Of a stretch of DNA of 17,426 bases, positions 1-10,778 are shown piece by piece (positions within the stretch are counted from its first letter, which is position 1; each line of letters starts with the position of its first letter). The DNA comes from Ginkgo biloba (lineage: Eukaryota; Plantae; Ginkgophyta). A program made the position numbers and the translations under genes. The notes below the pieces were generated by a model, which searched no databases, had not been told where the DNA came from, and saw nothing but the letters and a program-made list of their open reading frames with translations. The stretch covers positions 63,606,101 through 63,623,526 of the forward strand of contig JANKJI020000004.1 in NCBI GenBank assembly GCA_024626585.2, given 5' to 3'.

Positions 1-59
1 AGAGAAATTAGTACCCTTGGTTAATGTTTTTCCATTTGTTGATAACTCGATTAAGATCA

Positions 60-710
60 TGAGGCTATCAATAAGTACAAGTGAGTGTACATGTGACATA
101 ATTTGAGATTGGTTGAGTAGTTGTATTATTTCCCTTCTATCGTGGGCACAATTTGTGCCTATTTTTCATGTACTTCATGTTTGACCACATGCTTTGATTT
201 GTTCCTATCACTTCTTTTGATTTGTCCCACATTCTTGTTGCTTAGCATTTGCATGAAGAGTATTTTCACCTTATCAAAGAGTGTTTTCTTATTCTCACAC
301 TTAAAACAATTTGCCTTTTTGAGTATTTGACCCATATTTCAAATCGTTCCAAGGTATTATAGTTACTCAAGTGTTTGCAAAATTTGTGTCACTGAATAAT
401 CCTTGTATTATTAATAGGGAAAGATCTTTTGAACTACTTGTCCAATCTTCTTGTATGCCCTTAATAATTTGCGTTCGAATTCACATACCATTGTAGTGAA
501 TTATTGACTTTTGTATCTTTTTTTGATTAGATTCTTTGCTTAGGTCCCAACTTCAAGATTAAGAGCCCATCCATATTCACCATACGTAACTAATAATAAC
601 TGCTACTCTTTATAGATTTGCACTACGCTCGTCAAATGCTTGTCTTCACTAAGATCTTTTATAACCTTTAATATCCCTTGGGCACACTTTTTAATTGATA
701 CTTGCAATGC
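60..710 (-). other. Heavily decayed reading frame, probably TE-derived, unassigned
   Basis: One minus frame reads protein-like (QGILKVIKDLSEDKHLTSVVQIYKE*...MVCEFERKLLRAYKKIGQVVQKIFPY...KTLFDKVKILFMQML) but has about ten stops and no recognisable motif. Confidence 0.25.
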
Positions 711-3385
711 ACTTCAATAGAAAAGGTCTTTTTGACAATTCAAAAATTGATGGAAAATAANNNNNNNNNNNNNNNNNNAGTTTATATCACAATCATTTGA
801 TGGGGAAAGTATCAACACCAAGGTGTTTATTGGGACTAAAGGTTATATGAATACCACATGACCAAAATCTAAACAAAAGAAGATTTTTTAAAATAAATAG
901 TCTATTGTTTAAAACTTTGGAATGGGAAAGGAGATAAAGGACACTGAATAGAAGTGTTGGTGATGGAGATTGGAGATAGAGACGGGCATTAATTGGCGTG
1001 TTGATTTGGTCACCTTATGAATTGAGATTGATGATTTATGGCATTAGAGGATGTTTTTGATAGTCGAAACCAATGTCAACATACACTTAAGTATTAATGG
1101 GGAATATTCAATAGAGGTGCATCAACTTCGTTAATGAAGATAAGTTAATGCCAACCAAGGTATTGTTGCACATATTGATCATCGCAGTTAGGTTTGAGAT
1201 AAATTCATAAGGACGTGCGGTTAGAAGTTGGCTAAATTGTGGATAAATTAATGGGGATGAAATTGATGACATTGGAAGCTACAAAAAATGGATTGACAAA
1301 GTCAAGCATGCATTTTGTTGTCTTTCATTTGTTTTGTTACTACAATCTAAATGCTTGTTGCGTCCACTACCAACTCAACTAATTGCTAGCCTGCAATAGT
1401 CACATGGCTCTACAGAAGGGTGGCATATGGCCTTCCTTGCCCTCATTATAGAAGTTAATGAATAAGCAAACACTTTTGGGATTATACAAGCTAAAAGATT
1501 GGCATCATCTTAACACTAGAATACTATTATTGGCATAGCTTTAGCAGTGCAAGCCAACAACACCAAGTCATGAGAAATTATCTAGACCATGTGCATATGC
1601 TTTACAAAAATTAGGCCCATTTCTCACCAAGAGGTAATTAAGGTAGATTAAAATAGGATTATTTGCTACTTCCCCCTAGATCTGGTATGGGATCCTGTTA
1701 AATCTAAGTCGAAATAAATTTGACCAAATTGTTCATGTTTTGGTGATTTCTTAAAAGATTATAGTGCATTACCATATTAACTTTGGGTAAGATACAATAA
1801 TTTAGTTTAAACTTTCATTGTAAAGGATTTAGGTTTGAAGTAGTCATGGAGGTGTTTCTATTTCTAAATTCCGTAGCCCTATCTAGTTTACTAATCTTCT
1901 CATTATAAAAATTGGGATTATACTAATTATACCACATTTAAATTATATAAATTATTTATTCTATAGGTATTTTATTATGTTAAGCATTACTTGATCGATT
2001 NNNNNNNNNNNNNNNNNNNNNNNNNNNNNNNNNNNNNNNNNNNNNNNNNNNNNNNNNNNNNNNNNNNNNNNNNNNNNNNNNNNNNNNNNNNNNNNNNNNN
2101 NNNNNNNNNNNTTTGTGTTTCTAATTTACTATTGAATGTCTTGCATATCACACAAGGTTTGCAGGGTGGCACACAAGTTGTTGTTTCTATGATTGATCTA
2201 AATGCATGATGGATGCCTTTTGAGCATTAGTGCCCTCCAAAAAGGTGGGTCATCATATTATCCATTTTTGAAATCAATATTGTTGGATGAAGGACATTTT
2301 TTTTAAGACAAAGTTTTGCCATCTAGATTTGAGAAACATTTCAAGGCTTTTTATTGTTAAGGGTTGTTTGCATCAGATGGAAATAATTACATATAGATTT
2401 ACAATAAAAAATAGGGTGGCTTTGAGATAGACACACAAAGTCTATTGCCTAAGCTTGGAGAAAAAATGATAGCCCTAATGACATTTGGCAACTAGCCCCA
2501 AGGGCATTTTTTAATCAACTTCATCCTCTTGTCAATTGGCCATACTTCTCCCAACTTCTTTGCTTGAGGAATGATTGCAATAGATGAATGAAGAACAAAG
2601 AGTTGTAGCGATAACTTCTTCAATCCCGAGCTAGTTTCCAAAGAAGACAAGCATAAGATCTACCTTCCCTTAAGTATGCAAAATTCCTACTTTAGATTGT
2701 CACACTCACATTCAAATGGAGACCATGAATATGAGCTCAAGCCCAATTCTCATTGATGATGGAAACTTTGTACAAAAAATGATTCGAGCTCAAAGAGTTA
2801 GGCAAATCTTCACCACGGTTATCCCTTCTCCAAAACTCTCTCTAATCATTTTTATGATGAATGATTTTATTCTTCTCAAATGAGTATGAAAAGAGAAGGA
2901 TCAGTGTGAAGTACTAACCCCAATTGAAGATTAATCGAGCTAATCTTGTGCTCATTAGGTAAGATTATTACTTTTACAATGATAAGCATGTGAGTTAGAT
3001 TTTTATGCACAAAGTTGTGGTTATGTATAGTGGTTGGCATGTCACAAAATTGTACAAAGTACAAAAGTGGTATAATTAGGATTAATACAATCAAACGACA
3101 ATGCGGTGTATTTTGTGACATCAATTGCTTCTTTTCAAGTCAATGATGTTCCCATTACTATGAAATCCCGTGGTGGGGCGTGGCTGACCAAGGCAANNNN
3201 NNNNNNNNNNATGATTTGTACTACTATGGCCACTTGACGATGAACTTGAAGTGTGGAGGTATCCAATCGGGAGAAGTCTAGATGCACCAAATGGAGTGGA
3301 ATGCCTACCACAACTTTATCCACTACTTCAATGTTGAGGAATTGCCAAAGTAAGCATTTGTGTTTGGCCTATTGATGTGGACACC

Positions 3386-3554
3386 ATAAATGATCCTCTC
3401 GAAAGTGGCAAATGAATATGATCCAACATGCTTTCAAGCATGTGCAACCCATTTGCAGTAAGATGCCCAAATAGATGATCCTCTTAAAAGAGGAAAATGG
3501 GAATGACTAACCCGCTCATTGTCATGTGCTACCCATCTGTATTAGGATGCCTGC
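3386..3554. repeat. Old tandem duplication, 2 x ~85 bp
   Basis: ATA(A/G)ATGATCCTCT...CATGTGC(A/T)ACCCAT...GATGCC occurs at 3386 and 3471, with roughly 70% identity by eye. Confidence 0.75.
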
Positions 3555-4791
3555 ATACATGGTGAGTGGTTGGTAATAAAGCAACCGATGGTAGCCATGT
3601 TTGTTGGATCTCTCCCTCTCCCTGAGATGAGGGAGAGTATGGAATGGACTTTGTAGCTACCTTGTATGTGTAACAACTTGTGCCCTATCCTCAGTTGGTT
3701 GGGTCTCTCATGATAAAGGCGATAGAGTGGGACTAAGTAGGATCTTTAAAGAGGGTGAAGTAGTCTCCATGTCTATTGATTTTGAGTTGGCAATGCTAGT
3801 CTCGACTAATTGTTCACACTCAGTCAAGTGGGATGATGATACTCGTGATGAATTACATGTGGAAATAGATGTTGTGAGATGGAGAGCTCTTGCTACTTGA
3901 GGAGGGTGAGATGTAGATGCATCTATGAGAACTAATACGTGGAACATGAGGCATATCTAGTTGACACTAGTAAGGTCACCCCTCAAGAAACCCAAGTGAC
4001 CCGACGTGACTATTAAAGTGCCGAGACTTCCCTTGTTTTCTCTATCTATACAAGTGTTAAGAATAAAATGTCAAACATAGTCATGGATCAACTAAGAAAT
4101 TCATTTTGAGTTTTATAGAAAATGGTGAAGCTAAGAAGACTCAATGATGTCAAAAAGGCAGGTTGTCCATTGGTTACTTCCCCTGAGTTATTTTAAATTT
4201 TTTCTTATTTTGGTGTTTTAAGATCTCAAGGGTAATAGAGATATAAGTAAGATGTTTAAGGAGCCTTTTACATTTATATTTGTAGAGCCTATTGACTTTC
4301 TTTGATTTTTTTCCTTATTTTATAAGCTTAAGACCCTAGAGGTAATAGAAGCAGGAGTGACTNNNNNNNNNNNCATATTTGAGCCTAGCAACATGATCAA
4401 ACCTCCCCTCTTTGGAAAGGGTACTCCTTTATCAACCATGATGCATATGCCTCAAAGGTTCGATAGGCCAACTATGTTTAAGAAACTTTTTTAGAGTTTT
4501 CATATGGGGCTCGTAGGAACCAAGATGGTAGCATGGTACGTATAGCCATATGTGTCAACATATAAAACATAAAGAAAATAAAATGAAAACTATTCACAAC
4601 ATNNNNNNNNNNNNNNNNNNNNNNNNNNNNNNNNNNNNNNNNNNNNNNNNNNNNNNNNNNNNNNNNNNNNNNNNNNNNNNNNNNNNNNNNNNNNNNNNNN
4701 NNTTCAAGTAATTGACACTCTACATTGGCAGTCGCAAGCATAGTCGGGTGGTCACAACACAGACAATCACAATCATCTCGGATATTACAGA

Positions 4792-4885
4792 TGGTCATCA
4801 CAACTAATGGTCACAACCAAACAGTAATTGGTCGTCGCAATAGATGGTTGCAACCAAACAAGCAACTGGTCGCCTCAGCCAATGA
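4792..4885. repeat. Degenerate 37-38-bp minisatellite (~2.5 copies) within a cluster of GGTC(G/A)CAA motifs
   Basis: TGGTC(A/G) unit starts at 4792, 4829 and 4867; CAACCAAACA occurs in two units. Confidence 0.7.
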
Positions 4886-5475
4886 TTATATCATTTATCT
4901 ATAAACATGGTCGCAAGATGCCAAAAATAGGCTAATAGATCTATAATTAATACATAATTAGTCATAGTAGTTCAAGTAACAAAAGGGCACAATTGCCTAG
5001 TAAAGGCACAATGTAATCTTTATAATTGTATGCCATAAAGGCCTACTGATCATTAGTTTTTGTATCTAAAAACATTTAAGTAATAAATCTACTTTTCTCC
5101 ATACGTGTCTTTTATGTGTGCAATGTTCTTTCTTAAAGTTAGCATTCATTATCTATGGTGTTGACAACCTCTTGGACTTCTGCATATAGAGTTGTTAGTG
5201 AGAGCAATAGGGTTGTTATTTTGTTTCTAGAACACTGTCAATGTCTTATAATGACCTCTTTACTATGATGCAACAGATAATAACCATTGGCTTCATTCCC
5301 TTAAAATGAATCCAACTGGGTTCTCTTAGAAAGAAGCATAACTACGTTAGACTGGTTGTAATTTAGGTAACTTTGGTTGTCACAAGGGTCATAGTTTTTT
5401 GCTAAAACCCTTTGGAATAGCCATGGGTATTCACATTGCCACCTAAGGAGCAACCTACAATAGATTTGTGGGCAT

Positions 5476-5579
5476 AGTTTATTGTGGAGTTCATTTTTTA
5501 AATTAATGTTTTGAATTTTCAATGTTAAACATTGAAAATTTGAAAGATAAATTTAAAAAATGAACTCCGTAATAAAACT
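5476..5579. repeat. Near-perfect ~104-bp palindrome (51/52-bp arms, 1-nt centre at 5527)
   Basis: The left arm AGTTTATTGTGGAGTTCATTTTTTAAATTAATGTTTTGAATTTTCAATGTT versus the reverse complement of the right arm differs by 6 substitutions and one 1-nt indel. Confidence 0.95.
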
Positions 5580-5680
5580 TAAAATTAATACATGATTCAT
5601 CATTCAAATTTTCATCATCACATAATACAAGTACATAAAAAACTCAAATTCAAAATTGAAGATAGTAGTATACATGTTCA
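5570..5680. repeat. Dispersed repeat, copy 1 (homologous to 6244-6385), truncated by the LTR
   Basis: Shares the blocks AATAAAACTTAAAA, GATTCATCATTCAAATTTTCATCATCAC and TGAAGATAGT..TATACATGT with copy 2. Confidence 0.85.
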
Positions 5681-5904
5681 TGTTGGCTTTTAAGGAAGAA
5701 TAGCAAAGAGAAGAGAGGGAATAAGAGTAATAAAAACTTTGATTATTTTCCTCTATCAAAAATTTGGATTATACATGTTTTCACTCATATGTAAGATAAT
5801 TAGAAACTACATGACTCATCTAACCTACTAACTACTAACATTAAGCATTTAGGTCACTAACATAAAATGTTACTTTAATATATTTGAGTGTTATTACTCC
5901 AACA
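5681..5904 (-). mobile_element. 3' LTR (224 bp) of an LTR retrotransposon, probably Ty1/copia
   Basis: Termini are TGTTGG (5681) and CCAACA (5904), a 6-bp inverted repeat. On the minus strand it is immediately preceded by the polypurine tract TTAAGGGAGGC (5915-5905). The left end interrupts a repeat exactly where homology to 6244-6385 stops. Confidence 0.75.
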
Positions 5905-6144
5905 GCCTCCCTTAACACAAAAATACTATTGGTACCCCCCCTTAACGTTGATTAGGGTTCACAATGAGGTGTTGGCATTATCTAAGATCCCCCCCTTAAT
6001 GACAACCACCAAAAATAGTCCAACATGGGTCCTACCTGCCACTTTGGGTCTTACAACCAATAAGCTACCCATTTACGAAAAAAATCTTTTTCATTTATCT
6101 ATATTTGTCAAACTACCATGCATATGCATTGTCTTGACTTGATG
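5905..6144 (-). mobile_element. PPT and 3' internal non-coding region of the same LTR element, running into an N gap
   Basis: The PPT at 5905-5915 is accompanied by two more TTAAGGGGGGG tracts (5935-5945, 5989-5999) on the minus strand. Confidence 0.65.
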
Positions 6145-6243
6145 NNNNNNNNNNNNNNNNNNNNNNNNNNNNNNNNNNNNNNNNNNNNNNNNNNNNNNNN
6201 NNNNNNNNNNNNNNNNNNNNNNNNNNNNNNNNNNNNNNNNNNN

Positions 6244-6610
6244 NAATAAAACTTAAAAATTAATTCATGATTCTATTTCTGATTCATCATTCAAATTTTC
6301 ATCATCACGTGATACATCTACATAAAGAGTAAAAAATATTAGATTTGATTCATTTGAAAGTGAAGATAGTGCTATACATGTCCAATATCAAAATGTGCAT
6401 ACATGATACTACATAGTACAAACTACGAAGTAACAAATGACAAATGACATATGTGATATATCAAAATGTCAAAATGCTATATGGCTAATCTAGAAGACCA
6501 CAAGTCTACAACTCATATATATATATTAGCCGCACCTGTGAACCTGCCTTCCAAAAATGTCGCCCTTGCACCCGTCCCCCTCCCTGCACTCTCTAACCCT
6601 GGTAACCTTG
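6244..6610. mobile_element. Dispersed repeat copy 2 plus GC-rich subterminal-like end; possible non-autonomous hAT-like DNA transposon fragment
   Basis: Homologous to 5570-5680, then a short (AT)n and a C-rich tract (CCCGTCCCCCTCCC), ending GGTAACCTTG at 6610 about where LINE-like reading ends. The hAT assignment is from resemblance only; no second TIR or 8-bp TSD was found. Confidence 0.4.
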
Positions 6611-7736
6611 GTAAAAAGTCATGGCTAAACCATTAGCTACTTGTACCAAAAAACAAGTCAGTATGACTTCCCTAGACAATAAAATAGATTGAGATGAGGA
6701 GGAACATATTGATTTATATCCATCTACAATCGCCTAAATCTCGAGATGCTCTTTGAATTAATCGTATACTTTATTAAGATAGCTAATTTGAGTTCCCCCC
6801 TTCAAAAATTGTACATGAGAATTTCCCTTCACACGACTTAAGCAAAAACATTCAAATACTTATTGGAATGAATATATAAATTAGAAGCTTTTGAGATACT
6901 TGATAGCTCTTTCATTGGGGATCTAAACAAAGAGAATGCAAAATTCTAGATTCTCAGGATGCTCTTTAGACAAGTGGAAAGGGCAAGTTGAGAAGTATTA
7001 AGCTTGAAAGCAGCAGCACACCCTTGCATTTTAGCATCACTGTAATAGATAGAGAAGTGAATTGGATGATGGTAAAAAAAAATATGCATCAACAATCNNN
7101 NNNNNNNNNNNNNNNNNNTCTAGCATGCTTATAGGAAATCTAAAAGTGCCTTGATTTGGAACCATAGCTGTATCAAACCTCTTAAGGACCCTTTCCTTCT
7201 TGTGCCTAAAGTTGGACCGAGTAAACTAGAGTGCATGAGAGTTAAGGCTTTCTGTGAGAGTTGGTATCAGACAATCACAACAAGCTTAATGGAACCGTGA
7301 TTGATTTTCTTGAGCTTTCTATTTCATACCAAGGCCACCTAACTTATCTTCTGAGATTCTATCATGGTGAATTCCCCTGTGATAATCGAAGTTAGCTTGA
7401 AAGTTCAAAGCATAAGCATTTGCCATGCCTAGCAGAGCATTCTCTAGATTGATGATGACCTATATTATTCAATCTGTGGGTTCAAACCCCACATAAAAAT
7501 ATTCTTCTTAAGAGATAGAGCTGGTGGCATGACTAGCTCCTTTAGCTTCTTTACGAAGAGAACAAAAAGTTAGGGCATAGGCCATATCATCCAAAGCATC
7601 ATTTTGAGCTTAAACCTGATCAGTTTGACTTCTTGTAAGCAAAAGACATCAGACTTGCACACACCAGTTATTCTTTTGACAATGTTTTTTCTTTATGGAT
7701 AAGGCTTTTGAAATTTCAGCCAGTTGTGTTAATCAT
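6611..7736 (-). pseudogene. LINE ORF2 N-terminus: AP-like endonuclease and following linker, decayed
   Basis: From ATG 7736: MINTTG*NFKSL (cf. SWNxRGL), SDVFCLQEVKL (cf. CLQETK), IITGEFTMIE (cf. GDFN), DKLGG, FTRSNFRHKKERVLKRFD (cf. FTWSN...RLDR), then past the 21-N gap YHHPIHF...FKLNTSQL (cf. SDHxPI...FKxN). It has multiple stops and frameshifts, and no RT domain is recognised in the window. Confidence 0.9.
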
Positions 7737-8519
7737 GGGAATCCAATTATGTTTCACACTCCATACAATCTACATCACTATCGACATTGTCTTCATTATC
7801 ACTTTCGGTATCTCCTCCTTGTCCTCACCCACCTATGAGAGAAGTGAGAATTGATTGGATGTATCAATCGATTTTTTCCTTTTGGACATGAAAACTTCCA
7901 GAGTGACTTGTCCAGGAGGGGCTTTCAAGATCAAGTTTGGCTCTAGTGAGCCTAATCAAACATGCTTTTGGACAGGAGTGGAGGTGGAGACCTTGCTCAT
8001 CCAATGGNNNNNNNNNNNNNNNNNNNNNNNNNNNNNNNNNNNNNNNNNNNNNNNNNNNNNNNNNNNNNNNNNNNNNNNNNNNNNNNNNNNNNNNNNNNNN
8101 NNNNNNNTAACATTTTTAAGACTTATAATTAGTCAATTGTCATTATTAAATTTTGTAATTAAAATCATAATATCATACTGTTTTAAGAATAATAATCCAT
8201 TCGACTTAAGCATTACTTATATATTTAACTTAAAGTTTTTCTTTTCATTCCATTATAAAAGGTGGTAATTATATAAGTCCTTCTAATAAAATTTAAATGT
8301 GTAAAGAGAAGACGATTTATAATGGAGGTAAGTCTTCATCTCATATATGCACAACCTTATAAAGACTCTTGCATGCATGACCTTTGTAGATGCTGGGCCT
8401 CTATTTCTCAATACATTGGTGAAATGACATCATAGCTTTTTTAAGCTACATTCTTTCTACTAGTCAGAATGGTTCATGATGGGTCTTTTCCCACCTAATC
8501 ATTTTCAAGAGGAGTTGCC

Positions 8520-9160
8520 TGATTTGCTTCTTCAGGAATTCGGTGCACCTACTTCACTAAACAACAATTATTTATCTTATAAGAAGTATCATGACACCAA
8601 AAATGTGTGCTTTGATATTAAATATGCACCATCTTTTGCTTGAATTGTCTAGGGCCACACTGCATCTCTATTTCCTCCTTTAAACCCTTGGAGAGGTCAA
8701 CTTGAATGCAAATCTGCTTGTTTTGGAGACGGAAAAAGGGTCAGTGAGGTTCATGGCTGACAAAGTTGCCAAGGGAAGCAAGCATAGTATCTAAAAAGCC
8801 CCAAACATGGCATCAACAATTCGAGAAATTTGGCCCAAACAGGACAATACAAAGACACAACGATGTCAATTCAAAAATCTAAAGTACACCTGGTGAAAAC
8901 TGCTCAAATTCCTTCACACATCCATGATCCTTTGAGCAGGTTCAAATACAAACGAGTAGAATCTCTTGGCGAGACTCCTAATGGTATGGACCTTCCAACC
9001 ATGGATCTCCCATAGCTCATTCACCCAAGCTCTTTAACACAGCCTTTGGAGGAGGTCGACCAACAAAATAGTCAACCGAACAAAAGGCTAAATCATTCAC
9101 AACGAACTCAAAAACAATAGGATCAATAACTACATCAAAATTGAAAGGCTCCCCTTGTCA
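8520..9160 (-). pseudogene. LINE ORF1 remnant (DUF4283-like region plus degenerate zinc knuckle)
   Basis: With frameshifts it reads DYFVGRPPPKAVL / RAWVNELWEIHGWKVHTIRSLAKRFYSFVFE / YCPVWAKFLEL / WGFLDTMLASLGNFV...KQICIQVDLSKGLKEEI...THFWCHDTSYKINNC. These match the plant L1 ORF1 motifs PVWV, RICVEVDLSKPL and CX2CX4HX4C (decayed). Confidence 0.85.
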
Positions 9161-10778
9161 TAAGCCTTTGACGCAAATTTGCAGGTTTGCTTCAGCGGCA
9201 TTGTCAAAAGCCCTAGAGGCTGAATCTGCTTCCAAGTGCAGATTTGTAGATTGCAAAAAATGAGACTCACCATGGTGGTGAGGCCATATAGGTTAAGGCA
9301 AGCCACCCAAAGGGCAGAGTAATTAGGCATACTAGGGCCAAAAGACCTTTGCTATGCAATGATATTGTGAAATATTATTATTTAGGAGGATAAGACAACC
9401 AATATTGAAAATTAAATACACAACCTTTTCCTACGCTGCCATAACTTTTTCACTCATACCATCATTCAGCTACATTTAAAGGATTTGACCATCTCTTTTG
9501 CAGATTAAAAGGCAAGGCAGTTGTCAGCAAAGTTTTGATATCATATATGCTAGTTTCTAACTCATTCTTTGAATTTAATGGCATTGTTGCACAAATTTTA
9601 CCAAATGTCATAGTGTCACTCCTGAAATTGTGAAATGTCTTTTGCAAATTTTTGTGGCAGGCATTTGCAGAATCCAGGTTATAAATCTAATAAGTTTCAT
9701 ACAGGGAAAACTCTGAAGATGTATGTAGCAGTTTTGCATATCAACCTAGACATAATTTTCTAAGCATAGTAGATATCATTTCGAAGGCATTTGGCATGAT
9801 GCATATTACCCATTTAGGCCTTAGAATACAGAATTAACTTTTAGATAACTGTAGTGCTTACATAGAAATTCAGCCAGAATTTTGGCAGGTTTTGTGCGTA
9901 ATGAATTATTTCAGTCCTGCCTACCATGGGTGAAACATATTCCACTTCTTTGCAAATTGTGTTACTGTACAAAAAATTGAGTCATTGGCTTTCTGTTTCA
10001 AGAACTCACCCATTTCAGCAATCTTTGTCCGGATTTGAGTGTTTGGCAGCATTTACTGTCTTATTGTCAGTAATGTGTGACAGATTCTCAGTCATGGTTC
10101 ATTCGAAGACTAGATAAACATTTTGAGGGTTTTTGTTGTCCGAATTTACGACTCTCCAAATAATTGACAACCGGTTCATGGACGGCCAACTTCTAAGTGG
10201 TCGAGGGATTGATACGTAGTATATAATTGGTAGAGATGCTGGGGCCAATTAATTAACTGAAAATTTAACTTTGCTTATACCATGTTCATAGCCTGCCCCA
10301 AGTTTGTGGAATCTCAAAATCTCTCTTTTGCTTATGACATGCTCGTATTCTGTCATATTTTTGTTGCTCACGGTAAATCTTGAAGATACTGGGAGGGGGT
10401 TCATGAGATTATGTGTAGAATATGGCATTCGAAATGGAAATGATGCGAGACACGATTGGCCAAGACAAAACAACAAGAGATGTGACTTTCTAGAGCAACA
10501 CCACATCAAACCATGGACCCATACTCAGAAAACCAAGCAAACCTAGGGAGGGAGAAGGTGCAAGGGTTGAAGGTAGGCACTAGGAAAAATGCGCGCCCAA
10601 ATGATGAATGTTAGCTGAGCGATGTCTCTCGCGCATGGTGTCATCTTTTGTGAGGGAAATTCTACAAGTTTTTGGAGGGAATGACATGACCATGTGAATG
10701 AAAAAGTGCATGTAGAGGGTTCCACCCAAAGGCTCCAGATGCTTCGCGACTACCTTATTGTCTTTAAATGTGAGCCAC

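Larger units (their letters stand above)
6611..9330 (-). mobile_element. Degenerate L1-clade LINE (non-LTR retrotransposon) retaining ORF1 and the start of ORF2; interrupted by N gaps and an AT-rich stretch at 8108-8300
   Basis: ORF1-like motifs at 9160-8530, an ORF1-tail-like SNQFSLL at ~7860-7840 and ORF2 endonuclease motifs from 7736 downward are all on the minus strand and in canonical order. Outer boundaries are approximate. Confidence 0.85.

Noticed and set aside
2440-2850. Possible second LINE ORF1 relic on the plus strand (GHFLINF, NFFNPE)
   Set aside because: The motifs are too short and decayed to support a call by eye.
4201-4350. Weak ~110-bp-spaced duplication (TTATTTT...TTAAGA...GGTAATAGA)
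   Set aside because: It is short, AT-rich and too degenerate to interpret.
7261-7271. TGGTATCAGA, matching the tRNA-iMet primer-binding site
   Set aside because: It lies inside the LINE endonuclease region with no adjacent LTR end (CA), so it is probably coincidental.
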